From positions 30,876,001 to 30,940,000 of the forward strand of contig NC_073404.1 of the NCBI RefSeq assembly GCF_028641065.1: a stretch of 64,000 nucleotides of DNA. The letters are read 5' to 3'. Of the stretch, positions 12,861 to 25,687 are shown piece by piece. Numbering within the stretch: position 1 is the stretch's first letter; each line of letters starts with the position of its first letter. Below the pieces are notes generated by a model, which made no database searches, was not told the DNA's origin, and worked only from the letters and a program-made list of their open reading frames with translations. The stretch comes from Leucoraja erinacea. Its lineage: Eukaryota. Made by a program: the position numbers and the translations under genes.

Positions 12861-12993
12861 TCAGTCTGAGGAAGGGTCTCGACCCGAAACGTCACCCTTT
12901 CCTTCTCTCCAGAGATGCTGCCCGTCCCACTGAGTTATTCCAGCATTCTGTGTCCACCTTTGGTTTAAACCACCATCTGCAGCTCTTTCCTAC
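12861..12993 (+). mobile_element. Penelope-derived element with hammerhead-like motif at 12866-12893
   Basis: CTGAGGA-A-GGGTC-TC-GACCC-GAAAC-GTC followed by the family body and the ...catctgcagctctttcct tail. Confidence 0.7.
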
Positions 12994-13309
12994 ATACTCA
13001 ATTTTTTAGTGTAAGTTTAGTTTGTGTCACGTGTAGCGAGATACATGAAAAGCTATTTGTTGCGTGCGAACCAGTCGGCGGAAAGATAATCCACGATTAC
13101 AATCGAGCCGTCCACAGTGTACTGATACAGGATACATTTTCTCCTACATAATGTCACCTGCACTGCACACAGTAGGTCCTGCTGTCAACACGATGGAGTC
13201 AAATCCTTGCAACAATTAGTTTATCCATGCTGGGATTTTTTTTTCTGTTTGGAATACAGAGTTTTATAGTGAAATAATTTATTTGGTCGTGCTTTTATTT
13301 CTGTCAACT

Positions 13310-14270
13310 TGGTACGGCTCTATAGGACTTGGGTTAGACGGGTTTGAGTATTGTGTGCAGGTCAGGTCAGGTCAGGTCAGGTCGCCCCATTACAGGAAGG
13401 ATGCGGAGGCTATGGAGAGGGTGTAGAGGAGATTTACCAGAATGCTGTCAGGATTAGAGGGTTTCACATACAGGGAGAGGTTGGACAGACTTGGACTGTG
13501 TGTTCTGGAACGTCGAAGATTGAGGGGGGACCTGATAGAAATATAACAAATGATGAGAAGCAGAGGTAAGGTAGATGGTGGGAACCTTTTCCCCAGGGTG
13601 GGAATGTCAAACATTAGAGAGCATAGCTCTACGGCTATATATAGCGTGGGTATATGGTGAGAGGGGGCAAGTTTAATGGAGGCAACATTTTATACGGAGC
13701 CTAGAGTCAGGGGTAGGTGGTGGAGGCGGATACGATAGCGGTGTTTAAGAGGCTTTCTGATAGGGACATGGACGTGCAAGGAATAGAGGGATATGGAGCG
13801 TGTGCAGGCAGATGAGATCAGTTTGACTTGGCATCGTGTTTGGCACAAAGCATTCATCCCTTTGCTGTACTGTTCTATATCCACAAATTCTAGAAGTAGA
13901 ATTAGGCCATTCGGCCCATCAAGTCTACACCATTCAATCATGGTGATTTCTGCCTCCTAATCCCATTTTCCTGCATTCTCCCCCCATAATCCTCGACACC
14001 CATTCTGATCAAGAATTTGTCTATCTCTGCCTTAAAAATATCCACTGACTTGGCCTCCACAGCCCTCTGTGGCAATGTGTTCCACGGATTAACAACCCTC
14101 TGACTAAAGAAGTTCCATCTCACATCCTTTCTAAAGGAGCGCCCTTTCATTCTGAGGCGGTGACCTTTGGTCCTGGACTCTCTGTGTCTTTCATTATTCT
14201 GTAAGGTTCAATGAGGTCCCCCCTCAACCATCTAAACTCCAGCGAGTACAGGCCCAGTGCTGACATGTTG
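13310..14270. mobile_element. Two convergent CR1 3' fragments (+ about 13310-13880; - about 13890-14270)
   Basis: Remnants ERV.RRFTRML.GL on + and FFSQRVVN.WN.LPQ.AVEA on - (ORF 13938..14150). Confidence 0.8.
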
Positions 14271-15109
14271 AATGACATATTCTGTTTAGTTTTGGCTACC
14301 ATGGGATTATTTTGATTTTCACATTTATTTAATTAATCTAGTATCTATGATTAATAGACCTTAACTTATCCTGTTAGAAAACATTTAAAATTTGATCAGA
14401 CCGTTTATTTCAGGACCCCATCTGAAGAAGGGTCCCAACCCGAAACATCATCTATCCGTTCCCTCCACAGATGCTACCTGAGCCGCTGAGTTCCTTCTGC
14501 ACTTTCTGTTTTGTTCTTGTATAGTCTGCTAGAATTCCTCGGTATAGTGTATATAATACTCTTGTGCATTACTGCTTTAGCCAATTATTCCATGCTAACT
14601 ATTGCGCTAACTATTTTCAAATTGTGCTGAAATGGCTGGAGTGTAGTGTGCTGACTTTTGCCACAGCTGGTGTTCAGCTATTGAAACCAAAGCCATTTCA
14701 CGACGTCACAATTTGGGACTGTTAGCAGATCATTGTGCTGCAGGCTGCACAATCAATTGTGCAAAGTCCAGCTGAAAAACATGCTCATGCTGCGGTGTGA
14801 GATTGCCTTCCTGATCCTGCAGCAGGTGTAGAGCCCAACTGAGAGCCCAATTGAGTTCAGTGAGGCATGTAGAGCAAGGTCAGTCTGAAGAAGGGTCTCG
14901 AGCCGAAACGCCACCCATTCCTTCTCTCCAGAGAGTTGCTGCCTGTCCCGCTGAGTTCCTCCAGCACAAAATTCCTTTTGCTCAAAATTCCAGCATCTGT
15001 AGATTCTTGTGTCCATAAATGTTTTTTAAGTGTCTGGAATATTTCATAGATCTTTATTTAATTCAAAATATTTGAAGATGGCACTTTATTTAATTCAAAA
15101 TATTTGAAG

Positions 15110-15388
15110 ATGGCACACGGTAGAGTTGCTGCCTCACAGCGCCAGAGGCCCGGGTTCCATCCTGACTGCAGGTGCTGTCTGTACGGAGTTTGTATGTTCT
15201 CTCTGTGATCTGCGTGGGTTTTCCCTGGGTGCTCTGGTTTCCATCTACACTCCAAAGACGTACAGGTTTGTAGGTTAATTGGCTTCGGTAAAATAGTCAA
15301 TGTTCCCTGCTGTGTAGGATAGTGTTAGTGTACGGGGTGAATGCTGGGCAGTGTGGACTTGGTTTCCATGCTGTATTTCTAAAGTCTG
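15110..15388 (+). mobile_element. HE1-type SINE
   Basis: Head, core and tail. Further copies at about 16178-16390, 17065-17365, 22475-22765, 24240-24420, 27615-27710, 36310-36602, 39075-39370 (+) and 52580-52790 (-). Confidence 0.85.
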
Positions 15389-17899
15389 AAGGCAACATTT
15401 CACTACGACTGCAGATGTGACAATAAGAAATGTAAACCTGAATTTGTCAAAGATATAAAAAAATGTTTTAATCAAATAAAATTGACACAGGCCTGCCGAA
15501 CTATAAAGGCAGTGGGGGTGGGGGGGGTTCTGGGCTTGGATTTCCTCGTCTGAGCCCCTGTCACTTTCTAGACGGGGCCACTGGAATTTGGTTTGGGGAG
15601 AGGCGGGAGAATAGCCAGCACATCTAAAAAAGGCCATTGCAGGTTCTGAGTCTGGGGCGTGGGGACTGAGTCAGCGAGTCAGCGCCCATTAAACATAGAT
15701 TACCCAAAAAATGGTGATGCCTGGGTGATGCATGTAACCCTATGCCCGATATTACTGTAACGACCTAAAATAGCCTTGGGTGTACATGCAACTAGAGCTG
15801 AACGTCTTTTACAACATAAGTTGAGCCGTGTCAATAAAATCAAAATGCTCTGCAATGGAACATCAAACATTGCAGAAAATGTCACAAAATTGATAGAAAC
15901 TAGTAACCTTTCTTTTTACCTTGAAATTTAACATATCGATAAATAAATGATGCTTGGCCTTACTTATTAATACATATCACCTCTGACCCTACACATTCAT
16001 AACATTTCATTGTCACGAGGCAAGTGGAGACCATGACCAGTGATGTCCCATGTTAAAGATGCAATTGGTTTTTTTAAAGACCTTCCTGCTGTGGTTGTTT
16101 TCCAACCTGAAGATGGGGTCTTTGTTCAAAATGGATCTAATGAAAGAGCAGATTAAATGTGGATGAAGGAACTGCAGTCACGGTGGCACAACGGTAGAGT
16201 TGCTGCCTTGCAGCAAAATACAGCGCGGAGCCCCGGGTTCGATCCCGACTACGGGCGCTGACCGTATAGAGTTTGCACGTACTCCCTGTGATCTGTGTGG
16301 GTTTTCTCCAAGATCTTCAGTTTCCTCCCACACTCCAAAGACGTGCAGGTTTGTAGGTTAATTGGCTTGGTCAATGTAAAAATTGTCCAACTTCCAGTAT
16401 AGTCCTTGGTGGTCTCTTCGGAAGGTACAAGGTACAAGATGCTGATTTACACCAAAGATAGACACAAAATGCTGGGGTAACTCAATGGGTCAGGCAACAT
16501 CTCTGGAGAGAAGGAATGCCTTTTCTCCAGCGATGCTGCCTGACCCGCTGGGTTGCTGCAGCATTTTTTTGTCTGTCTGCTGAGAGAGCAAATGAGTAGC
16601 ATTGTATCTGGCGGCCCCATGCTGCTGAATGCCTGCCTGTTGCTATGTAAACAAGACAACAAGTTCCCTATTTGTGGATGGAGATTCCTGAGTGCCATAC
16701 TGTTGCATGTTGCATTTTGAAATGGCTCGAGCATGTGGCAGGGGAGGACCTAAGAATAACTCGTGATCAAAGGAAGCTTTTTTAAAAAGATTTCCATGAG
16801 ATCATTTTGTGCAGTCAACACAAGTTATTTGTGTAAACTCTCTTCCAGAGCATTGCACCAATTCTCTCCAGGGTTGCCAAGTATTGATCAGAATCAATGT
16901 GGGCTGCACAATTATTGATACATGTACATAATGTGAGAACTTAATCTGTGTCCTTGCTCCCTCTTGGGTAGGCTGGCTGAAACGTCTGCATGCTGCAAAT
17001 ACCAACATTGAATGTTGTATCCGCACCTGTTTCTGTCCAGCCTAGCTACTGTAAGGTGAACTTGGGACGGCACAGTTGTGCAGCTGGTAGTGCCGCTTAC
17101 CTCATGGCGCCAGACATCCATATTCAATCCCAACCTGTGTGGAGTTTGCAGGTTTCCCCAGTGACTGCGTGGGTTTTCTCCAGGTGTTCCGGTTTCCTCC
17201 CACATCCCAAAGACGAGCGGGTTTGTAGGTTAATAAGGCTCTGTAAATTGCCCCTAGTGTGTAGGGAGTGGATGAGAAAGTGAGATAACATAGTTGTAGT
17301 GTAACCGGCTGATGGGTGATCGTCATAGACTCAGCGTGCGGGCTGAATGGCCTGTGGTTCTCTAGGAGTACCGTCAGTCTACAAAAATAGGTTTCTTCTA
17401 TTCGTTCATTTGTTTTCTTTGAAAGAATTGCTTTTGCAGACGAATGCCTGACATTTATTGACAACCAACCATAAGCTAAATAACACGCTTTGTGTACAAT
17501 TTACCTCAACAAAGGATTTTTTCATGAGAGGATATGGGGAGAAGGCAGGCACGGGTTACTGATTGTGGATGATCAGCCATGATCACAATGAAGGGCCAAA
17601 TGGCCTCCTCCTGCACCTATTGTCTATGTTTCTATGTTCCCAACATTTCCAATCTGACAATTAGATATCAAGTTCCAAATCCTTGCCTTGTGTTTCATCT
17701 GCAAAACATGTCCACTGATACTTGGATGGCATGGAAAGGAACTCCAAATGGTGGTTATAGTAAGCCGAGTAATGACAAGTGCAAAACAGCAGTGGCACAC
17801 GGTTATCGTGCAAAATCTGAGTAGTTCAAAAGGATATTAAAGTATAAAACTGAATAACCAAATGAGTTAGAGTTAAGAGTACGTGACAGTTCAGAAGTT

Positions 17900-18660
17900 A
17901 TAAGAGCAGAATTAGGCCATTCAGCCCATCACGTCCACTCCGCCATTCATTCTTGGCTGTTCTATCTTTCTCTCTCAACCCCATTCTCCTGCCTTCTCCC
18001 CGTAACCTGACACCCGTTCTAATCAATCTCCATCGTAAAAGTATCCACTGACTTGGGCCCCGCAGCCTTCTGTGGCAATAAATTCCACAGATTCACCACC
18101 ATCTGACTAAAGAAATTCCTGCTCATCTTTCTAAAGATACGTCCTTTAATTCTGAGGCTGTGCCCTATGATCATGGAATCTCCCACTAGTCGAAACATCC
18201 CCTCCACATCTTCTCTATCCATCACCTCTGTGAATGGGGTATGAAAGATGCTTCAGGAGTAGGTTAGCATTGGGAAGAAGCTGCTCTTGAGTCTGCATGT
18301 CTGGGCTTTCTAGCTCCTGTGTGTTCTCCCAGAAGGTAGTGGAGAGAAGAGGGAATGTCCAGGAAGGTTGGATGTTGGACGTTGGAGAAGAGGGTCTGCA
18401 GCCTTCCTGATACAACGCACCGTCAATGCACTGGGTGAAAGAATGTGATGAGCCTGTGATGGCCTGGGCTGCCTTCACCGCTCTGTGCAAGTCGAGGGCT
18501 GAGCAGTTACCACGCCAGGTTGAGATGCATCCCATCAGAATACTTTGTAAAACGTATCTGTCAATGTTGGAGAGGATCCTCGTGGACAAGCTGAATCTAC
18601 CCAAACGCCTAAGAAAGCAAACACTGCTGCTGTTGTTCCTCAAGCTGGTTCTGGACTGAT
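17900..18660 (-). mobile_element. CR1 3' fragment (about 17900-18220) next to a Rex1/Babar-like fragment (about 18225-18660)
   Basis: ORF 18019..18225 (GHSLRIKG..FFSQ.VVNLWN) and ORF 18215..18802 (FLRRL..F.LS..IL...SILMGCI..W.GNCS). Confidence 0.75.
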
Positions 18661-19452
18661 TGATCATTAGCTGGAAGCATACGCAGGATTGGAGCGGGGT
18701 GGGGGTGGCTGAAATTCCCCTAGTTTGCCCCATACCTGGGCCCTGCACACATCCTTGTTTGGTTTCAATGCTCAGCTGTGTCAGTAGGGCGGGTCTAATC
18801 AAGATCAGTAGATACGAGAGTTCCCTTTGAAAAAGTAATGATTAACGGGAGACTTTCAGTGTTGGAATTCATGACTTTCTCAGCATTGTGATAGATGGGT
18901 GCTGGGTAAAAAGGATCGTAAGAGACTGTTTTAAGAGGAGCTTCACATAAGATGTCACCACTCTTTCAAACGTGCTCAACTACTGTCTGACTCTTGATAC
19001 CATACATGATTCAAAAATAAATGGTTCCAACACTGCTCCTTAGTTTGTTTGTGTGTATGTATGTCTTCTTGTAAAGTTATTGAATGTAGATGGCAAAACC
19101 TGTCCTTAGTTGTCCTGAGTTTGGTTCTGCTGCTGCGCTACTTGGATTGCTGCAATACCATGGTATTTAGAAGGAAAGGAATTGTTCACATACTGCACGA
19201 CCCAACATCGTTTTTCTTTGCTCTTGTATTGTTAATCTATTTTTTTCAATCACAAGCAAGGACATTCGGCATCACTGGTTTATTCCTTGTTACTTTAACT
19301 GTGTTTTACACTTTTCATTAATGTACTTGAACTGGGTACAGCTTGCCGTTGTTTGAGTGATTGTTTTCTCTGTAATAGTTCACTGCAGATTGCTTTCTAC
19401 AGATATCTTTGTGCACAGAATGGACACTAATTTTGGATTGTTCTCCTTGCAG

Positions 19453-19521
19453 CAGCAGTTGCACCATGGGGCTGGTTCTTCCACTATGGAGTGACACACT
19501 GATCCACTTGGATGGGGATGG
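19453..19521 (+). CDS. SSH2: SSH2 coding exon: SSCTMGLVLPLWSDTLIHLDGDG
   Basis: tgcag| (tandem CAGCAGCAG acceptor) and |gtgagt; conserved LVLPLWSDT-IHLDGDG motif. Confidence 0.95.
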
Positions 19522-21203
19522 GTGAGTACACTTGCTACCCAATGTTATAAAACCTTGAACTCCTCAACACTGGTTGAGTCAAGTCAAACGTTCTTTTCTC
19601 CAAGTTACTACATTCCAGTCAACGAAAAGTAATTTATTACTGCTGGTCAAAAGTGAGATTATCAGAGGCAAAATGATGTGAGAATCGGTGTGTATCCCTG
19701 GCCTGGCCTGGCCAGTCATGTACGATTGAATTGTGTTGTGCCAACACTGCTGATGACGACCAAAATGGTTTTGATTGTAATTATTTTCATCAATGCCCAA
19801 GACGTGGTTTGAATGAGGAGGAAGTTGAGGCAGGTACTATCGCAAATTGTAAGCAACATTTAGACAGGCACGTGGATACAATAGGTTAGAGGGATATGGA
19901 CCAAACGCAGGCAGGTGGGACTAGTGTAGATGGGACAGGTTGGTCGGTGTGTGCGCATTGGGACCAAAGCGTGTGCTTCCACAAGCTATGACCACTGTAA
20001 TCGTTGCCCCATTTCTCTCGTCAAGAACAGAATTTTTCAGAATAACACTAGTGGTCCTGAACAAACCGTCACTTTTATCTACATATCAGCCAACCTCTAG
20101 CTTTTGATATCTCGGGTGATTCAGGTGGTGATTCATCTTGGAAGGAAGTATTAAGTGAAAGAATGAAATGAAATCTAAAATACCAGATTAAGAAGAAAAG
20201 AGAAACTGAATTCCAGAAAATTGACCCAGTATTGGAATGTTTGACTGTGAACTTGGTGTGTAGGTTTGAAGGTTAAAACATGCCTAGTTAGAAGGGGGGG
20301 TGCATTTCCTGGAGCTTGCATTGAGCTTCATTGCATCATTTCAGGAGACCTCTGGCAATGTCAAGGACATTTGGGTGAAAGCCAGCACTTGCCTTTTTGT
20401 TTTTGACCATTTCCATGGACCCCAATACTCATTCTGGGTGAGCAGTGATTTACTGGCACCACCAGTTCAGTACTCACTACTTGTCTCCCTCAACACCAAA
20501 CATGAGTCACTGCAGATGCCTGCTTAAACCAAAGATAGATACAAAATGCTGGAGTAACTCAGCAGGACAGGGAGCATCTCTGCAGAGAAGGAATGGGTGA
20601 CGTTTCCGGTCGAGGCCCTTCAAACTCTGAAGTCTGAAGAAAAGTGTCGAGCCGAAACTGAGCTCTCAAAACATGTTGAAGATGGCCGGAGGTTCAGGAA
20701 GTGAAATGCTGACCATCAAATAAAGCCCGTTGCCCATCACAATAAACACAATACTATTACCATGTGACAATTGTGACATAATTGAATAAACAGAATTCAA
20801 GAGTTCTTTTAACAGTAAACGTCTCAACTGCTCTGTTAGCGTTCTATTTAGCATTTCTCCAGTCATTTGTTTCACCTTGTACAATTCCAATCAACCCCTA
20901 AGTAGTAATGGTAATAGAAATTGCCATTTCTGTTTTCCAATTCAACTTATTTTGTAACTAACTTATCATTCTGATTTGCCAACAGCTAGCACAATACATT
21001 TCCCTTGCCTTACCTATACCCTCATACTTTTTCCCTGTACTTTTTCTCACCTTTATCCTACATTCGCCCCTCCCCTTCCCAAATCTATGTATAAATCACA
21101 TTAGAGGCTGCAGGTGCACGATGGTGCTGCGGCAATTTTTACTTGTTCCTCATATTTTACATTTGCTAATAACTTTGTTGTTGCTTTGATTTTTTCACCC
21201 AAG

Positions 21204-21269
21204 TGGGTTCAGTGTGTCAACGGTGAACAGAATTCACATCTTCAAACCAGTGTCCGTACAAGCAATGTG
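21204..21269 (+). CDS. SSH2: SSH2 coding exon: GFSVSTVNRIHIFKPVSVQAMW
   Basis: ccaag| and |gtaaga; conserved HIFKPVSVQAMW motif. Confidence 0.96.
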
Positions 21270-21894
21270 GTAAGAATCTTTGTGGCATTAGCATTAACCT
21301 GTAGATTTCTAGAGACAGTTTATTAATGCTGCTTCAGTTATCAGGTGTTGTCACATTCTGAAATTAAAACAAACAGTAAAGCAGTTAATCATGTGTTTTT
21401 TGTGGCCATTGAAAGAGAGATGGTGCACAAGGTGACTGTGGCAAGTAGCAACAAGCACTACTAGTTTGGATGTGAGGCCAGCTGTAATTAGCACAAATTC
21501 AGACCAGGTATTGCTGTTCTTTGTGTAAATTAGGCAAGTTCTGACCGATTTTACGTCAATGGCCACATTAAAAAATGGTAGTTATATATTGGCATCGTTA
21601 TAACATCTGATTAAATGAAAATGCATTGATTCAAAATTCAGTGAAGGCGTAGTTGGTTAAATATTGACGTATGTGCACGTATTAAATCCAGGCGTTTGTT
21701 ATCGCTGCTGGCAAACCCTCATTTATTGAACGTCATGGTTAATTTATGGATAGGAGGGATGTGGAGGGATATGGGCCAAACGTGGGCAGGTGCGTCCAGC
21801 TTGGATGGGGTGGCATGGACGAGTTGGGCTGAAGGGCCTGTTTCCATGCTGTATGCCTCTCGTGTGACGGTGTGCATTACCTTTTGTATTTCAG

Positions 21895-22089
21895 GTCTGC
21901 TTTACAGAGTTTGCACAAAGCCTGTGAGGTTGCCAGGACCCACAACTACTACCCCGGGAGCCTGTACCTGACATGGATCAGTTACTATGAGAATCGCATC
22001 AATTCCAACCAGACTTTCATTAACGAGTGGAATGCCATGCAGGACCTGCAGTCTCATCGCCCCGATTCACCCGTGCTCTTTACTGACAT
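21895..22089 (+). CDS. SSH2: SSH2 coding exon: SALQSLHKACEVARTHNYYPGSL...QSHRPDSPVLFTD
   Basis: ttcag| and |gtacgt; lies within ORF 21872..22147; SSH2-typical sequence. Confidence 0.96.
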
Positions 22090-24742
22090 GTACGTACGCG
22101 GCCTTTACTGCCATCAGCTCTTGCCTTGTGTATTGTTAAAGTGCTGATGATAAGCTAATGTAGACAACACCAGAGCCAATCTGTACATGGCGAGATCGCA
22201 CAGCCAGCAACCTGACGATGACCCGATACGTTAACAATAAGATGAGCTATCTCTCCGCACTTCTCCAAGATGCAAGCCCACATTATGGGGTACAGCGATG
22301 GATTTGAACCCACAATGGCCCGAGTCAGAGGAAAGTACTGTCCTGAGAGTCGGACCAACCCCAAGATAATACTTCTGGGAGGGAAGCCTAAAAAGTCACT
22401 AAACAGGGTGGCTCAGCTTCCATTGTGGAATGCCTTTAGCCTCACTGCTAAATCCAAGGTACTTGAGGTGATCGGGGCGGCATGGTGGCACAGCGATTGA
22501 GTTGCTGCCTTACATCGCCAGAGGCCCGGGTTCAATCCTGACTACGGGTGCTGTCTGTATGGCGTTTGTACGTTCTCCCCGTGACCTATGTGGGTTTCCT
22601 CCTACTCTCCAAAGACGTGCAGGAGTGCAGGTTAATTGACTTGGTAATTTTGTAAATGGTCCCTAGTATGTGTGGGATAGTGTTAATGTGCGGGGATCGC
22701 TTGTCAGCGCAGACACGGTAGGCCGAAGAGCCTGTCTGCACGCTGTATCTTTTAACTGAGCTAAGTGTACATTGCATTCTAGCTGCTTCCTGCTAGACTA
22801 GAGAAATCCCTGTCCTTTGTTTGTGTTCCTGCTATTTGAACAGCAGCCTGATCAAATAGAAACAGAGTGATATCACTGATGTCCTGGCTAATGTTTATCC
22901 AGCAATAAACTTCACTGAGCTGGTTGTTATCTCATTAAAGTTTCATTATATTTTGTTCTCGAGGAGCGTGCCACTTTCTAATGGGGTGTTGCCATTCCTG
23001 CATCAATGATTATGCTCCGAACATAACGGATACAAGTGCTGGAGTAACTCAGCCGTTCATGCAGCATCTCCGGTGAATATGGATAGGTCTAATGATGCTG
23101 CCTGACCCACTGAGTTACTCCAGCACTCTGAAACGTCACCTATCCATGTTCTCCACAGATGCTGCCTGACCCACTGAGTTACTGCAGCAGCATCTATGGA
23201 GCTAAGGAACCTATCCACTGTTCTCCACAGATGCTGGAAATGACCCGATGAGGCCGAAACCCTTAGCACTCGGCCCGAAACGTCACCTATCCATGTTCTC
23301 CATAGATGCTGCCTGACCCGCTGAGTTACCCCAGCACTTTAGGACTTTTTGTGTAGACTAGTAACTGCAGTTCCTTGTTTCTGCATGCTTCTAAATCACA
23401 TATAGATACCATATAAAGGCACATCTTTCTCGAAGCATTGGCCATGCCTTGCACCAATAATCATTATGGATCATTGTGCTGTAGCTAGCCTGGTCGATGT
23501 ATTGTATGCCTAGATGATCCAATATTCATAGGCAGTTATAATCTGTCAACATAACATAGCTGAGTGGGAGATGAATATCCTTGGACGATTTCTTCAGTTG
23601 TTTCTGATGCATTACTTTGTGCAGACATATCTGAACATGCTGGTGCTAACGGTAGTTTCTCTTCAGATTAAGAAGACTATTTTTATGAGCTACGATAAGT
23701 AGTTGAGCTCCAGATAGTCAGTGGCATGCAGACTCTATTCAGCTGCCACCTTATTAGGAAGCTGATGGCTCAACCTTTTGAAGGGAGATGAGCAGAAGTA
23801 CTATTGATAGGTTTGAAATATGGGCAGCTAAGTTCATGGAGTTGTCAGGTTAAAAACTGCTGTCTTCTGGACTGCACGGCGGAATCCTAAAAGGACTGGG
23901 AAGACGGTGCAGTTTAAATAAATCAATTCCAACGTTTCAGTATTGTTAGAACCTCCAGCCTCTTGAGACATGATAAAGCAAACTTGCCCCCACCACCCTG
24001 GCATAGATCTATGTGACCATATGGATTAGTTACTAAACCGCAACTGTTATGGTTTCTTTATTGGTTGATCAGCCATTGTGAATGGGGAAAATGTACGCGC
24101 TGCTTTGTACATCTTCCATTGTCCACATCCCATCCCACACTAGATACCCCTTTGCGTGTGTTCAGACCGCCTTGCCACTTCAGCATGGGAACAGAGCCTT
24201 TAGCCTCTCTGCTAAACCCACAATAAGTGAGGCGATCAGGGGTAGCAGCGGTAGAGTTGCTGCCTTGCCGCACCTCAGACCCGGGTTCCATCCTGACCAT
24301 GGGTGCTGTGCTGTCTGTACGGAGTTTGTACGTTCTCCCTGTGACCTGTGTGGGTTTTCTCCAGGAGCTCCTGGTTCCTCCCACGCTCCAAAGACGAGCA
24401 GGTTTGTAGGTTAATTGGCTTCATTCAGCCCGTATGTCTTGTGATCTATGATCTTCTGCTTGCACGTGGCAGTGTGCAGGAGTGCATGTCCAGAACACGT
24501 TGACCGGCATGACGTCGCTCACCCTTGCTCCTTTTTGCAAACACGGGCTAAACTCAAAGCAGTCCAGCCCATTATTCATTCATCTGGTTTTCTACATTTC
24601 AGCAAATCTATTTATATGGATTAGAAGTGGAGAACTGCTTTTGAAATCGTTTTCCCAATTCAATGGCTGATCGCGATGAGAAATCAATGAGTGATGTTTG
24701 GAATCTTTGTCAGTTGGAATTGGTTTGCGCACAATACACTCA

Positions 24743-25054
24743 AGGGCCTGTCCCACTTACGCAATTTTTTTCGGCGACTATGCCGGCACCCGACATAGTC
24801 GCAGGAGGTCTCCGAAAATATTCAACATGTTGAAAATCCAGCGGCGACCAGAAAAAGGTACGACTACATTGGGCGACTGCTCACAATCATACAGGCATCG
24901 CCCCGTGAATCACAGGCCGTGAGTAGTCGCCCAAAGAGTTGTACCTTTTTCTGGCCGCCATTTTGAAAACATGTTGAACATTTTCGGAGACCTGCTGCCA
25001 CTATGACGGGAGCCGACAAGTCGCCGAAAAAATCGCGTAAGTGGGACAGGCCCT
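24743..25054. mobile_element. PIF/Harbinger-like MITE (same family as 98-329)
   Basis: TIR agggcctgtcccacttacgc / gcgtaagtgggacaggccct; interior is largely palindromic. Confidence 0.8.
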
Positions 25055-25269
25055 TGAAATGCCCTTTAGCATTTAAAAACATTTTTTTTTTTCTTCAAAA
25101 TTATGATCCAAAGAATGAATAGCATCGGAAAAATAAGAGTTCTGAAACCAATTGAAAGTTCTGAAAGGAATTTAACTTTGTACTGAAAACATTAGGAGCT
25201 CTCGTGCAATATTCTGTTTTGTATTAGAACAATTATAAATGAAGGGAATTACTTTAAAAGTAAGTGTTA

Positions 25270-25515
25270 AGGGCCTGTCCCACTTGGCGGTTTTTTTCGG
25301 CAACTGTCGGTATCATTGACTGACGTATCAGGTCCCCGAAAAAGTCGTGGAGTGACGCGGCGTGATGACGTATATTGACGCACGGTGTCTCCTCAAGTGG
25401 CGCAACTTTTTTTTGTCGTTGCTGGATTTTGAAATGTTGAATCTTTCAGTGACCCTGATACATCAGTCAATGACGCCGGCAGTCGCTGTGAAAATCGCCA
25501 AGTGGGACAGGCCCT
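25270..25515. mobile_element. PIF/Harbinger-like MITE (sister subfamily)
   Basis: TIR agggcctgtcccacttggcg / cgccaagtgggacaggccct; TTA TSD at 25267-25269 and 25516-25518. Confidence 0.85.
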
Positions 25516-25593
25516 TTACTTGGAGTTCACCAAGAAATATAAAACATAATGTGCCGAGGCTCAGCTTTGATAGTATTGTATTTATCAATGCAG

Positions 25594-25687
25594 ACCAACA
25601 GAGCGGGAACTGACTGAGAGGCAGATCAAGTCTAAACTGCGGGAAATTATGATGCAAAGGGATTTGGAAAATGTTACATCAAAAGAA
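25594..25687 (+). CDS. SSH2: SSH2 coding exon: PTERELTERQIKSKLREIMMQRDLENVTSKE (start of DEK-C-like domain)
   Basis: tgcag| and |gtaagt; phase consistent with neighbours. Confidence 0.96.

Noticed and set aside
23245-23284. ccgatgaggccga...tcggcccgaaacgtc, resembling a textbook hammerhead
   Set aside because: The core reads CCGATGA (U4 lost) and sits in a scrambled array of family fragments; more likely a chance junction or misassembly.
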